Assembly (NCBI RefSeq): GCF_009914755.1 | Contig: NC_060931.1 | Reading direction: 5' to 3' (one strand) | From: the human T2T-CHM13v2.0 reference genome, Homo sapiens | Length of the DNA stretch: 64,000 nucleotides | Part shown: positions 1 to 16,062 of the stretch, one piece after another | How the letters are laid out: each line of letters starts with the position of its first letter | Numbering within the stretch: the first letter of the stretch is position 1 | The notes under the pieces: generated by a model | Databases searched by the model: none | What the model saw: only the letters and a program-made list of their open reading frames with translations | What the model was told of the DNA's origin: nothing | Made by a program: the position numbers and the translations under genes

Positions 1-91
1 ACCCGGGAGGTGGAGGCTGCAGTGAGCCAAGATCGCGCCACTGCACGCCACAGAGTGAGACTCTGTCTCAAAAAAAAAAAAAACAAAAAAA
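1..91 (+). mobile_element. Alu 3' end with poly(A) tail (cut by window edge)
   Basis: GGAGGTGGAGGCTGCAGTGAGCCAAGATCGCGCCACTGCAC followed by an A-tail. Confidence 0.9.
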
Positions 92-95
92 CCCA

Positions 96-278
96 CAATT
101 ATTTGCATAGTATTTACATTGTATTAGGTATTATAAGTAATCCAGAGATTATTTAAAGTGTACGAGAGGATATGCGTAGGTCATATGTCATTTTATATAA
201 GAGAATTGAGGATCTGCAAATTTTGGTATCTATGGGGGGTCCTGGAGCCAATCCCTCATGGATGCAGAGGGATAACTG
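96..278 (-). mobile_element. MER2 (TcMar-Tigger DNA transposon) fragment
   Basis: Reverse complement resembles the MER2 terminus CAGTCGTCCCTCGGTATCC...GGATTGGTTCCAGGACCCC; flanking TA at 279-280. Confidence 0.75.
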
Positions 279-384
279 TATTTCTTGCTCACACCACAGA
301 CTACTGTGGGTCAGTGATAGAAACCATTTGGCTCCAATCAGGAGCCATTCACACAGCATGTGCACTGAGGGATGTGATAGGTAT

Positions 385-1045
<661 letters not shown>

Positions 1046-1149
1046 GGGCCAGATCTGGAGGTGACACACAAAACTTCTGCCTACATTTATTGGCCAGGGT
1101 GGTCATGGAAGGCTGAGAAATAGAGTCTAGCTGTATGCTGTGTGGAGTT

Positions 1150-2431
<1,282 letters not shown>

Positions 2432-4742
2432 TGCTATGGCTTGGCTCTATGTCCCCACCCAAATTTCATCTTGTAGCTCCCATAATTCCCACGTGTTGCG
2501 GGAGGGACCCAGTGGGAGATGACTGAATCATGGGCGTGAGTCTTTCCCATGCTGTTCTCATGATGGTGAATGGGTCTCACAAGATCTGATGGTTTTAAAA
2601 ATGGGAGTGTCTCTGCACAAGCTCTCTCTTTGCCTGCTGCCATCAATGCAAGACGTGACTTGCTCCTCCTTGCCTTCTGCCATGATTGTGAGGCCTCCCC
2701 AGCCACGTGGAACTGTGAGTCCAATAAACCTCTTTCTTTTGTAAATTGCCCAGTCTCAGGTATGTGTATTTATCAGCAGTGTGAAAACGGACTAATTCAG
2801 TCAATTGGTACTGGTAGAGTGGGGTGTTGCTGAAAAGATACCCAAAAATGTGGAAGTGACTTTGGAACTGGGTACCAGGCAGAGGTTGGAACAGTTTGGA
2901 GGCTCAGAAGAAGACAGGAAAATGTGGGAAAGTTTGGAACTTCCTAGAGACTTGTTGAGTGGCTTTGACCAAAATGCTGATAGTGATATGGACAATAAAA
3001 TCCAGGCTGAGGTGGTCTCAGATGGAGATGAGGAACTCGTTGGGAACTGGAGCAAAGGTGACTCTTGTTATGTTTTAGCAAACAAACTGGTGGCATTTTG
3101 CCCCTGCCCTAGAGATTTGTGGAACTTTGAATTTGAGAGAGATGATTTAGGGTATCTGGCAGAAGAAATTCCTAAGGAGCAAAGCATTCAAGAGGTTACT
3201 TGGATGCTATTAAAGGCATTCCGTTTTATAAGGGAAGCAGAGCATAAAAGTTCAGAAAATTTGCAGCCTGACAATGTGATAGAAAAGAAAAACCCATTTT
3301 CTGAGGAGAAATTCAAGCCAGCTGCAGAAATTTGCATAAGTAAGGAGGAGCCGAATGTTAATCCTCAAGACAATGGGGAAAATGTCTCCAGGGCATGTCA
3401 GAGGTCTTCATGGCAGCCCCTCCCATCACAGGCCCAAAGGCCTAGGAGAAAATGGTTTCATGGGCCCAGGGTCCCTGTGCTGTGTGCAGCCTAGGGACTT
3501 GGTGCCCTGTGTCCCGCCTGCTCCAGCTGTGGCTGAGAGGGGCATTGTAGAGCTTGGGTCATGGCTTCAGAGGATGCAACCCCCAAGCCTTGGCAGCTTC
3601 CACATGGTGTTATCCTGGGAGTGCACAGATGTCAAGAATTGGGGTTTGGGAACCTTCTCCTAGATTTTAGAAGATATATGGAAACGCCTGGATGCCCAGG
3701 CAGAAGTTTGCTGCTGTGGGGGCAGGTGGCGCTCATGGAGAACTTCTGCTAGGGCAGTGCGGAAGAGAAATGTGGGGTCAGAACCTCCACACAGGGTCTC
3801 TACTGGGGCACCACCTAGTGGAGCTTTGAGAAGAGGGCCACTGTCCTCCAGACCCCAGAATGGTAGATCCACCCACAGCTTGCACCTTTCGCCTGGAAAA
3901 GCCACAGACAATCAATGCCAGCCCGTGAAAGCAGCCGGGAGGGAGGCCATACCCTGCAAAGCCACAGAGGCAGAGCTGCCCAAGACCATGGGAACCCACC
4001 TCTTGCATCAGCATGACCTGGAGTCAAAGGAGATAATTTTGGAGCTTTAAGATTTGACTGCCCAGCTGGATTTTGGACTTGGCTGGGGCCTGTAGCCCCT
4101 TTGTTTTGGCCAATTTCTCCCATTTTGAATGGCTGTATTTAACCAATGCCGATACCTCCATTGTATCAAGGAAGTAACTAGCTTGCTTTTGATTTTACAG
4201 GCTCATAGATGAAAGGGATTTGCCTTGTCTTGGATGAGACTTTGGACTGTGGACTTTTGAATTAATGCTGAAATGAGTTGAGACTTTGGGAAGACAGTTG
4301 GGAAGCATGATTGGTTTTGAAATGTGAAGATATGAGATTTGGGAGGGCCAGGAGTGGAATGATATGATTTGGCTCTGTGTCCCCACCCAAGTCTCACCTT
4401 TTAGCTCCCATAATTCCCACGTGTTGTGACAGGGACCTGGTGGGAGATGATTGAATCATGGGGGTGTGTCTTTCTGGTGCTGTTCTCGTGATGGTAAATA
4501 GGTCTCATGAGATCTGATGGTTTTAAAAACAGGAGTTTCTCTGCACAAGCTCTCTCTTTGCCTGCCGCTATCCATGTAAGATGTGACTTGTTCCTCCTTG
4601 CCTTCTGTCATGATTGTGAGGCCTCCCCAGCCATGTGGAACTGTGAATCCCATAAACCTCTTTCTTTTGTAAGAAAAGAAAGAGTATCACATGCCCAATC
4701 TCAGGTATGTGTTTATCAGCAGCATGAAAATGGGCTAATAAA
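2432..4742 (+). mobile_element. Full-length THE1 (THE1A-like) ERVL-MaLR element: LTR 2432-2799, internal 2800-4359, LTR 4360-4742
   Basis: Two ~370 bp direct repeats starting TGCTATGG/TGATATGA and ending CTAATTCA/CTAATAAA, with typical THE1 sequence (CCCACCCAAATTTCATCTTGTAGCTCCCATAATTCCC...). The ~1.56 kb internal region carries a MaLR ORF remnant. Inserted into an old L1. Confidence 0.93.
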
Positions 4743-6545
<1,803 letters not shown>

Positions 6546-6557
6546 TAGAAGTAATGA

Positions 6558-6950
<393 letters not shown>

Positions 6951-7285
6951 CTAGCATTGCTTTAGAAGTGGCAGCAAATGAGGAGTGACCCTGTAGAAGA
7001 GACCATAGACCTAGAGATCTCTGTACATGGAAAACAAGCATTTACAAAATGGAATCGATGGTCTCACAATACTGGATGAAATTTCTAGTTTCTAGCTATC
7101 AGTTTCTTCCGTATAGAATGAGGGTTGGGGTTGATGCTGAACAGTAGATTTTTTTCATCCTCAAGTAGTGCAAGATGGTGTATGGGAAGCCATGAAGGAA
7201 ATAAATTTCCTAAGAGGAAGTTTGTGTGGTCCAAGTTGGATATAAAATGTGTGAGGCAGGTGAAAGAAAGAGTCCCAGATTCCTT

Positions 7286-7414
7286 TTGTTTCTTGAGACA
7301 GTCTCGCTTTGTTGCCCAAGGGTGGAGTGCAATGGTGTGATCTGGGCTCACTGCAACATCTGCCTCCTGAGTTCAAGTAGCTGAGATTACAGGTGTGAGT
7401 TACTGCGTGCGGCA
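7286..7414 (-). mobile_element. Monomer-length Alu (internally deleted or FAM-like)
   Basis: Alu 3' and 5' ends joined within ~125 bp; flanked by direct repeat CAGATTCCTT (7276-7285, 7415-7424). Confidence 0.75.
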
Positions 7415-7907
7415 CAGATTCCTTCTTTAAAGCCAAATGCTGGCAAAAAGGAAGGACTGAAAATGAAAGTTAAGAGACATGAGGACATCCAACCCTAATA
7501 GTGTTACATCTACACTTTGCTCTTAATGTATGCTCTGCTTTTATACTTAATGTTTGCTTAAAGTTAGCTATTCTAGTAAAGGGTTGGAAAACACATATAA
7601 GCTGGACTGTCATAAAAAACTTTACACTTGTTTGGAACAGGCTAGGGCATAGCTGCTGACACCCAGCCATGTGCCCTAAAAGCAAGGAGGGGTTTGTGAT
7701 GCAGGAGCACGCCCTCTAGAGCCAATGCCGCAACAGGGACCACCACAACCTGGCTGCTAAGTGAGGGCGCCATTTACTTGTTTGCTTGGTCTTTCTCTAG
7801 GGGCCGCCTTGGCTATTAAGCAGCTTATCATTTTTATTACCCCAATATTAAATATGCTTAAGGGAAATATCGACAACAGTAAGTTTATCTTTTCACTTTA
7901 GACTTAA

Positions 7908-8289
<382 letters not shown>

Positions 8290-9369
8290 TGATTCCTCTC
8301 AATGCATTTGTCATAAAAATGACAAAATGCATGATGGAAGAATTCTGAAGCTTTATCCGAATGTGTTGCATGGATTTTATGTAGTTTACATTTTACCTGA
8401 GTTGAATTTAATCCGAGTTGAAGTGTGGGCCACATTCAGGGTTTTGTTTTTATTACTGGAATTCTGGGAGATGCTGAATTTGGAGAGTGGAAAGGTGGGT
8501 TGGGGGTTGGATGAAGGTGGGCTGAGGGGTTTGTTCATTCACCCGAAGGTTCATTGACCACCCACTCTGTGCCTGGCATCATAATAAGATGCCCTGGAAA
8601 CAGATGAAAGACAGATCTTTACTTGCAAGAATGTTAGGGTTTTGTAGGGAAGGAAAATAAGGGAAGCAATGTTGACAGTGTGGCCTAATGAGAACAATGC
8701 ACAAGGCGCTGGGAACCGAGACCTGCGCTGACTGCCTCAGTCAGGAGCGTTAGGGCAAGCTCCCTAGAGAGGGCACTCAGGCTGGTTCTTGAAGGACATT
8801 TAGGAGACACGGCTGAAGATCTGAAAGAGGGAGGGGAGACTTGACGGAGAAAGAGCCCTCGGGAGAGAGGAAAGGACGGGGGAAGCACAGGGCCTTCCTC
8901 TCCTATATAGGGCTGACGGGATCCGAGGCGGCAAGGCAGATGCCACTGCGACTGGAGGAGGGGGATGAGGGCACTCTGTCCAGCAGCCTTAACCTCTTTG
9001 GGTTGCCTGGGGAGTAGAGGTCTCATGAGAGTGGGGCTCAGGGCCTGGAGAGATCGGTGTTTCCCATTAGCCACAGAAGTTGCTGCTGGAACAGAAGACC
9101 TGGCGAAGCTGGAGGTTATTCGTTTTCAGGGCTTGGTGGTCTTCCCCAGCAGCCCTCGGAGCAGAGGTGGACAGCAGAATCACTGAGCCATTGCGAGGGG
9201 GTGTGGCAGAGGCAAAAGGCTGTGAGCTGAGGGTGTAGGGGAAAAGGTGGGTGGAGGGAAGGGCTGTGGAGTTTAGTCTGGCCAACCCAGAGGCACAGAA
9301 GACCGAGGGCTTGGAACCCAGAGCTCCCCAGACTTGAAAATCCTGGAAATGGAAGCCAGGATGAGTGCT

Positions 9370-10011
9370 GGGTGGAGAAACAGGACACCTTGTGCATTGC
9401 TGGTGGGAATGTGAAACGGTACAGCTGCTGTGGGGAACAGAATGATGGGACCTCAAAGGGTTAATCTTAAAATTGCTGTAGGATCCGGCAGTTCCCTTGT
9501 GGGTACACTCCCGGAAGAACTGAAAGCAGGGATTTGAACAGATCTTTTGCACACCAATGTTCACAGCAGCATTTGCACAACAGCCAAAAGGTGGAAGCAA
9601 CTCAAATGTCCATCAACAGATAAATGGATCAGCCAAATGTGATCTCTCCATACAATGGAATATTATTCAGCCATGAAAAGGAATGGAATTCTGATGTATG
9701 CCATAACATGAATGAACCCTAAAGACATTATGCTAAGTGAGATAGACCAGACACAAAAGGACAAATATATGATTCTACTTACATGAAATATCTAGGATAG
9801 GCAGATTCATGGAGACAGAGTAGAAGGGTGGTTGCTAGGCACCGGGTGGAGGGAGAAATGGGGAGTTGTTAATGGGGACAGAACTTGTGTTTGGGATGAT
9901 GAAAAAATTCTGGAAATGGTGGTGACACCTATACAATAATGTGAACGTATTTAACGTTGCTAGTAGTCCACTTAAAATGGTAATTTTATATTATGTATAT
10001 TTTACCATAAT
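9370..10011 (+). mobile_element. L1M (MA/MB-type) 3' end fragment
   Basis: GCATTGCTGGTGGGAATGTGAAACGGTACAG...ATGTCCATCAACAGATAAATGGAT...CTTAAAATGGTAATTTTAT, the typical L1 ORF2 end and 3'UTR. Confidence 0.85.
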
Positions 10012-10485
10012 TTAAGACAAAAAGAGTGTCAGAAGGCTGGGAAACCCCAGTCCCAGCAGGATGTGGCGTTTCTTAGGCTTGCTGAGGTGGAGCTGCTGCA
10101 GGCACAGCGCCTGGACGGGGCTGTGGCGCACGTAGCTCAAGTGCGCAGTGGCAAGGGCCCTGGCAATGGGCCAGCAAGCCACGAGGCTCCGGGTGCTGAT
10201 GGTGTCTGGTGAGACGGCAGGGCCTGGGTGCGGAGGATCCGGGATGCATATTGGAAAGCTTCCAGGACAGCAGGTGACAGCCACACCTTAGGTGTCAGGG
10301 ACAGAGATTGGGAGCAGATGGGGCTGAAATGGCTTGGAAGAGGCAGCAGGAAGCTGGGAGACTCTTAGCCCCACTCAACTGCATGGGAATTGGTAGTAAT
10401 GTGATCTCAAGGCCCCCCACCTCTCTCTGCAAATGTTCAATGCAGTGGTGGCTTCTACACATTTCCAGAGCCATTAAATAATCTC

Positions 10486-10794
<309 letters not shown>

Positions 10795-10885
10795 TTACTT
10801 GTAACAATAACCTCTTCGCTTTTATGACAGGTCTGGTTCCAGGATAAATAAGCATGCCAGGCAGGTGTACAGTGATTTCAAACAG

Positions 10886-10891
10886 TTTAAT
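10886..10891 (-). terminator. Distal polyadenylation signal ATTAAA (cleavage ~10865-10872)
   Basis: TTTAAT on + strand. Several UGUA (CFIm) motifs lie just upstream in the mRNA (+ strand TACA at ~10916-10955), with U-rich and GU-rich sequence downstream. Repeat-free sequence ends here. Confidence 0.75.
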
Positions 10892-13800
10892 GTAATTCCA
10901 AGACAAAGTGTGATTACATTTCTACACATATACAATATGCATATGTGAGTTTACAAATTTTAATTAATAAGTCATTTCACCTCGGAGACCGAAAAAATGA
11001 TCAAAAAGAAACTATGAGTAACAAGCTATAACATAGTTCACCACAATGGGACCCCCCCCCTTTTTCTCACCCTACAGTTAGTAATATTACAATTAAAATA
11101 ACTATATTCTTCTATATTTTTTCTGTTAAAATCATCTCATAAATTTACAATGCTATTATTAGTTTCCAAGACTAATATAAATTCACTCCATTTTTCTACA
11201 ACGAAAATGATTAATTTAGAAGCACACGACGTCATGATGAAAAACACAAGCATTTTAGTAGCAAGGACTTGATCAGTTAAGAATTAGTTTTCTTGTAAAA
11301 CATTCTAAAGCCAAGTAAAATATCCATTCTTATAACATACCTATAATATGAGACTAAGGAATAGGTTACATATAGGTCTACAACACATTGGTTTGTCTTT
11401 AAAAAAACAAAAGTAGACATTTATAAATAAAAAAGAGGGACAATTCACATAGGAAAAAGAGGTACACGAGAAAATACTGTTGCACGCAATAATTTTCACA
11501 CAGATTAACATGGATTAACACTTTTTATTACAGAAACCGTACGGTGAAGGAACACAACAGACCAGGGCTTTCATAGGGTTATTGAGATTGAGCTGAGATG
11601 ACCTGGGAGAGAAAGATCTAGGTGAGATGACCCTGGGGAGGGAGCCACGTTCCTTGGACCTGGTGACTTAGTGTCGCCGGGTCTCCTCTTCCCTGTTCTC
11701 ATTTTGGGGAGTGAGTCTTTCTATCCAGTGTCCTGAATTCATGAGCAGTTGAAAGGTAAACATTTCTGCAGATCCATTCTCTTTCTATCCTAATGGATAC
11801 CATTTTTGGAAACGTGACAGAGTATCAGAGGCTGCAGCTCAGTACACGTGGTCAAAGCAAAACGGGATGGAAACTTCCAGTCACTCTGATTTGTTGCCCC
11901 CGTCACCCACTGATGCGCTTGAAGCTGGGACCCAGTGAGACAGCAGCAGCACCCTACAGGGCCTGCTGGCTCTGCCGTGGTGAGGTGGATGACAAGGGCC
12001 CGGCGCCACGCCTCAGCCCCATGTGTGCGGAGTGGCCTGGGACACAGCCCATGCACGTCCAAGACACCAGTCTTGACTCCGACCTCTAAAGAGCTCCTTC
12101 TCCTCATCTGTAAAGCTATACTTCTCCTATCCAATTTGGTTTGATATATATACACAAACATATATATCAACATCTATCTCTATACAGTGATTCTACTAAA
12201 TTAGAAATTCTGCTGCCCCAAAGTATGACTTTCTTGTCTATTTCATTTGGTTAAAAAAATGCACACACAGAGGATGAAGAGATGATTTGGGGGCTAGAGA
12301 TGACTGTGCCCTGGAAAGTCCATGGAAGAAGCTTGAAGTGAGCAGGAACACAAAAGGGAGGAGAGCAGAAACGGGGGACCGACTGACTCAGGGCAGCGCT
12401 GACGGGAACATCTGCTTGGGGTGGGGCGGGGCGGGGGTGTGCTCTCTGTTCCATTTGTTAGTTACAGGAAGCTACCAAGGATGCACATGGTCAAGTCACT
12501 TTCTACTTCCCAAGTTCCTCCTTATAACCTGAGCCAAACAATTTCAACAATGACAATCCATTGCCCCTTCAGCCCAGCAGGCGACTCTGACAGGGAGGTG
12601 TGACCACCAGTCTCAAGGCTGAGTGGGGCCTTCTTGCTGGCTCTCGCGCTTTCTGGGAGTCCTGGGTGCCTTGGCCCAGGGCAGTGGTGACAGCAGGGTG
12701 GAGGCAGAGGTGGCCCCGGGGACAGTGACCCTATATAAGGAAGGGGGCGGTGCCAGGAGAGATTCGTTTGGAGATTGGTTACAAGGAAGCGAGGGAGAGC
12801 AGAGGCAGAGCCCTTTTTCAGATACAACATACTTACTTTTCAAATGAACAAAAGGCAATTTCTATGTTTTAAAAATATAAGCCCCAAAAACAATGACACA
12901 AAATTCATTTGGTTAATTCATGTAAAGGAAAAAACAGCAACACCACCACACAAACAGGAAAGTGGGAGTATGATTAGGAGGGGTGAGATGAAAACTATTT
13001 TACAGTAACATTTCCACCAAAAGACTGTCCTAAGAACACGCTGTCAATACAGTTCACAGGGAAAAAGCAAATGTGGTATTTTTTTGTATTTTTTAAAAGC
13101 TCCCTGGTCCCAGGTGTTTTGCAGTTTTCAAGGTCTTATCTGCTAAAGGAATGCCCTTTAGGTCACAGCAGGTCCTCTGCAGTTTGGTGGTGGCACAAGA
13201 GAAAACATAAAAGAAACCAAGACTCAGGGAAACTGCCATTCCCCCAGTCTGTTTCTGCATGACAGTGGGGCCCATTCCTGTCTCGAAGCATCTTCTTGTT
13301 CCAAATATGATGTCTGTTTAGAGTGGGTCTCAATGGACCAGGCTGAGCTGCCCCTCTGTCTCTGCCTCCTCCTGCTCAGCCCTGACCATCTCTGAGAGGA
13401 TGCTAAGGTCCCCCTCCCACCGAACTAGACTTTGAGTCTAAGCTGGACAATGAGTAAAACGTAAACATAGCCTTTTACATTGATTTTGCTTTTAAGGGGA
13501 AAACGAATAAATGACAGCAGATATATGGAAAACCCAGCCAGCGACCATGGGAATAGGGGTATATGGTCCTCCCCTACAAAACGCTGATCAAAATATCACC
13601 CCCGGCCCAGAAGTAGCAGCTGTGCCTTCATGGTCACCTGAATCCCAGTCTCTTCTACTGCCTGGTGCCTGGAAATCAGTGGATCTATTAATAAGTTAAA
13701 TATTCAAATCAAGACAAAAATCAATGAACCAGGTTATCTGTTCTCAATGACTCTTCCAAGATGTCAGAGAGAAGGCCTTGAAGACAAGTGTTTAGACGAC

Positions 13801-15569
13801 ACGCATGAGACCTTCGCATCTGGCCCGGGCTGCGGACTCACACCTTTTCCCTCCATCTGGATTGCCTTTCATGTTCTCTTGAGTTCACGTGGAAAGTAAT
13901 AATCCAGAGGGAAGTGCGCATGCTGGACTACAGAAGAGTCTGGGACAACACACTTGCCTTGGGGGAGACACAACCTCCAACTAAGAGGCATTCACTGGGG
14001 TTTGCGGATGTCAGTTATAAACAGAACTTTTCTTTAAAAAGTACCAGTCTAAATGTAAACTATAAAACACTTTAACTATAAAACGTAGCCAGAAATATGC
14101 TTAAGTATCCACAGTCAATTGTTTAGTTTACTCATTTAAAATGTGACTGTTTTGATAGCTTAGAAGGCTAACAGCATTTTACAGTAGCTAAAAACATATA
14201 TACTTAACATGTGCATTTGAACATCGCATTTGAGTACAACACACAAAGAATAATCTCTTCCTTGGTTTAATTTTTGTTGTAAAGATGAGCTATTTTCAGA
14301 ATTCACTTAAGCAACGATGACCGGGGGTATGAAGTAATCATTATTTTCAGCCCACAGAGAATTCATAGTCTTTAAATTCCAAGATCAAGCTGGCTACATG
14401 ATTTCAAAAAAGGCTAAAACCAGGATGAATGCCCACATTTGAGGTAATTATTGCCATTAGGTCACAGTTTGTGTAAGATAATGTATCTAAAACCTTCTAA
14501 AAAAAAAAAAAATCTTTAGGTGTTCTGCCAGAATTCCAGAATACCTATTGAAACCAACCAGGATCTCAAACTCCGATTAGTTAGGTTTGCTTCCAATGGA
14601 GTTAAAGTTCTAAAAGATTCTAGAACTTGTGTAAACTACCTAAGAATTTAGGCAAACAAGCCTGGAGCCAGTCAACAAAGAAGGTTTTAAATGAAAAAAG
14701 GAACAAGAAACCCACTCAAAACAACTGAACAAATATTTCATAATAAATGATAATAGTTATTTTAAAAAATTAAAAATCTAGTCCTAAGCATTTCTACATT
14801 CTCACCATCTTTCAATCAAAATAAAAATGCATCTGTATTTCTGTTAATCTCATACCAGGGCAAGAGACACGCCTTCCTTTTATCATGAAAGCTGGCTGGT
14901 TTTCCTGTTTATACAATTGTTGCTATTTCTTTGAGAAGAGTATCTCAAAAGAAAACATTCTTTTGTTCCTCTAAGTCTTGTCTTTCTTCCACCTCTACTT
15001 CTTTTTTTTTTTCTTTTTTTTTTCTTTTTTTTAACAGAAAGAAAAAAGTTCCTGGACACCAGACCCACATATGGTATTTACAAATTTGGTGTGAACCCTG
15101 CCTCTGGTTCTGCCCAGAGCTGAAGAGTGAATCTATTACAGAGATCAGAGCTGTCAGGATAATTATCAAGTGCAGTAAAAAATAGCATTTTGAAAAAAAT
15201 ATATACCTTTAGTATTGCCTTTCTAGAATTAACTATAAGCAAGAAAAACTTATTTTTTAAAGAAGAAAAGAATACTTTTTCACTCTTACTTATAAGAGCT
15301 GGTTGTAGCAGCACTACTAAAGCTAGTTGGTATGCTGGAAAGAAATCTAAAAGGAATTCTATGAATCAAAAGAAACTCTCCAGAGATTTTCTCTAAAAAT
15401 CAAACGAATTCTGCCCCTTTTGCCTAAATCCAACTCAGGAGCCCCCTCTTTGCACAGTCCTTTAGCTGAGTCCCACGGTGCATGGGATGGCACAGGGTGA
15501 TGCTGTGTAAAGGCCTTTCTTTGCTCAGACATGCAGGAGACAGCTGTGGCTAATGGCTGCAAGCTCAGT

Positions 15570-16062
15570 TCTGGAGCTGGGCAGACTCAGGTTCAAGCCC
15601 TCCTCGCCCCTCAAGAGTTGTGTGGCTCTGGGCAGTTTCCTTGGCTGTAGGGGGACTAATATTGCCGATCTCACAGGGCTACGGAGAAGATGAAACAGGA
15701 CAACCCATGAGCAATTCCCAGCACAGTGTGTGGCATGCAGGAAGCGGGAGTATCACTAAATGGTTCATAGAAATATGAGGCCACGCATTGCTATTAATTA
15801 AAAAAAGTTAAAAGATTAAAAATCACATCTCAGGAAGGGCCTGATGAACAAAAAAGGGAACCTTGGGGATTCTGGCCCATCACTGCTTTATCCTTCCTTC
15901 AACACCTGCCACTTCTCAGAGCATCCGGTCAGCTCCCTTATCTATAAATGGGGGCTGTTATCCCCCTCCCTGTGGGATGGCTGTTGGGGCCCCTTGAGAC
16001 AACGCTCATAAAGGCCTTAGCCCGGGAGTCATGAAAGCATTCAACAAATGTTGGCTATTATT
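15570..16062 (+). mobile_element. Two diverged MIR-like SINEs inside the 3'UTR (~15570-15770, ~15860-16062)
   Basis: MIR-like motifs (GGTTCAAGCCC...TGTGTGGCTCTGGGCAG; TATCTATAAATGGGG...CAAATGTTGGCTATTATT). Confidence 0.55.

Noticed and set aside
2694-2706. PRDM9 hotspot motif in the THE1 LTRs
   Set aside because: The LTRs read CCTCCCCAGCCAC and CCTCCCCAGCCAT (4622-4634). Both lack the T at position 7 of CCNCCNTNNCCNC that marks hot THE1 copies.
9067-9600. 177-aa minus-strand ORF
   Set aside because: Largely the antisense strand of an L1 3' fragment plus flank; no splice or domain support.
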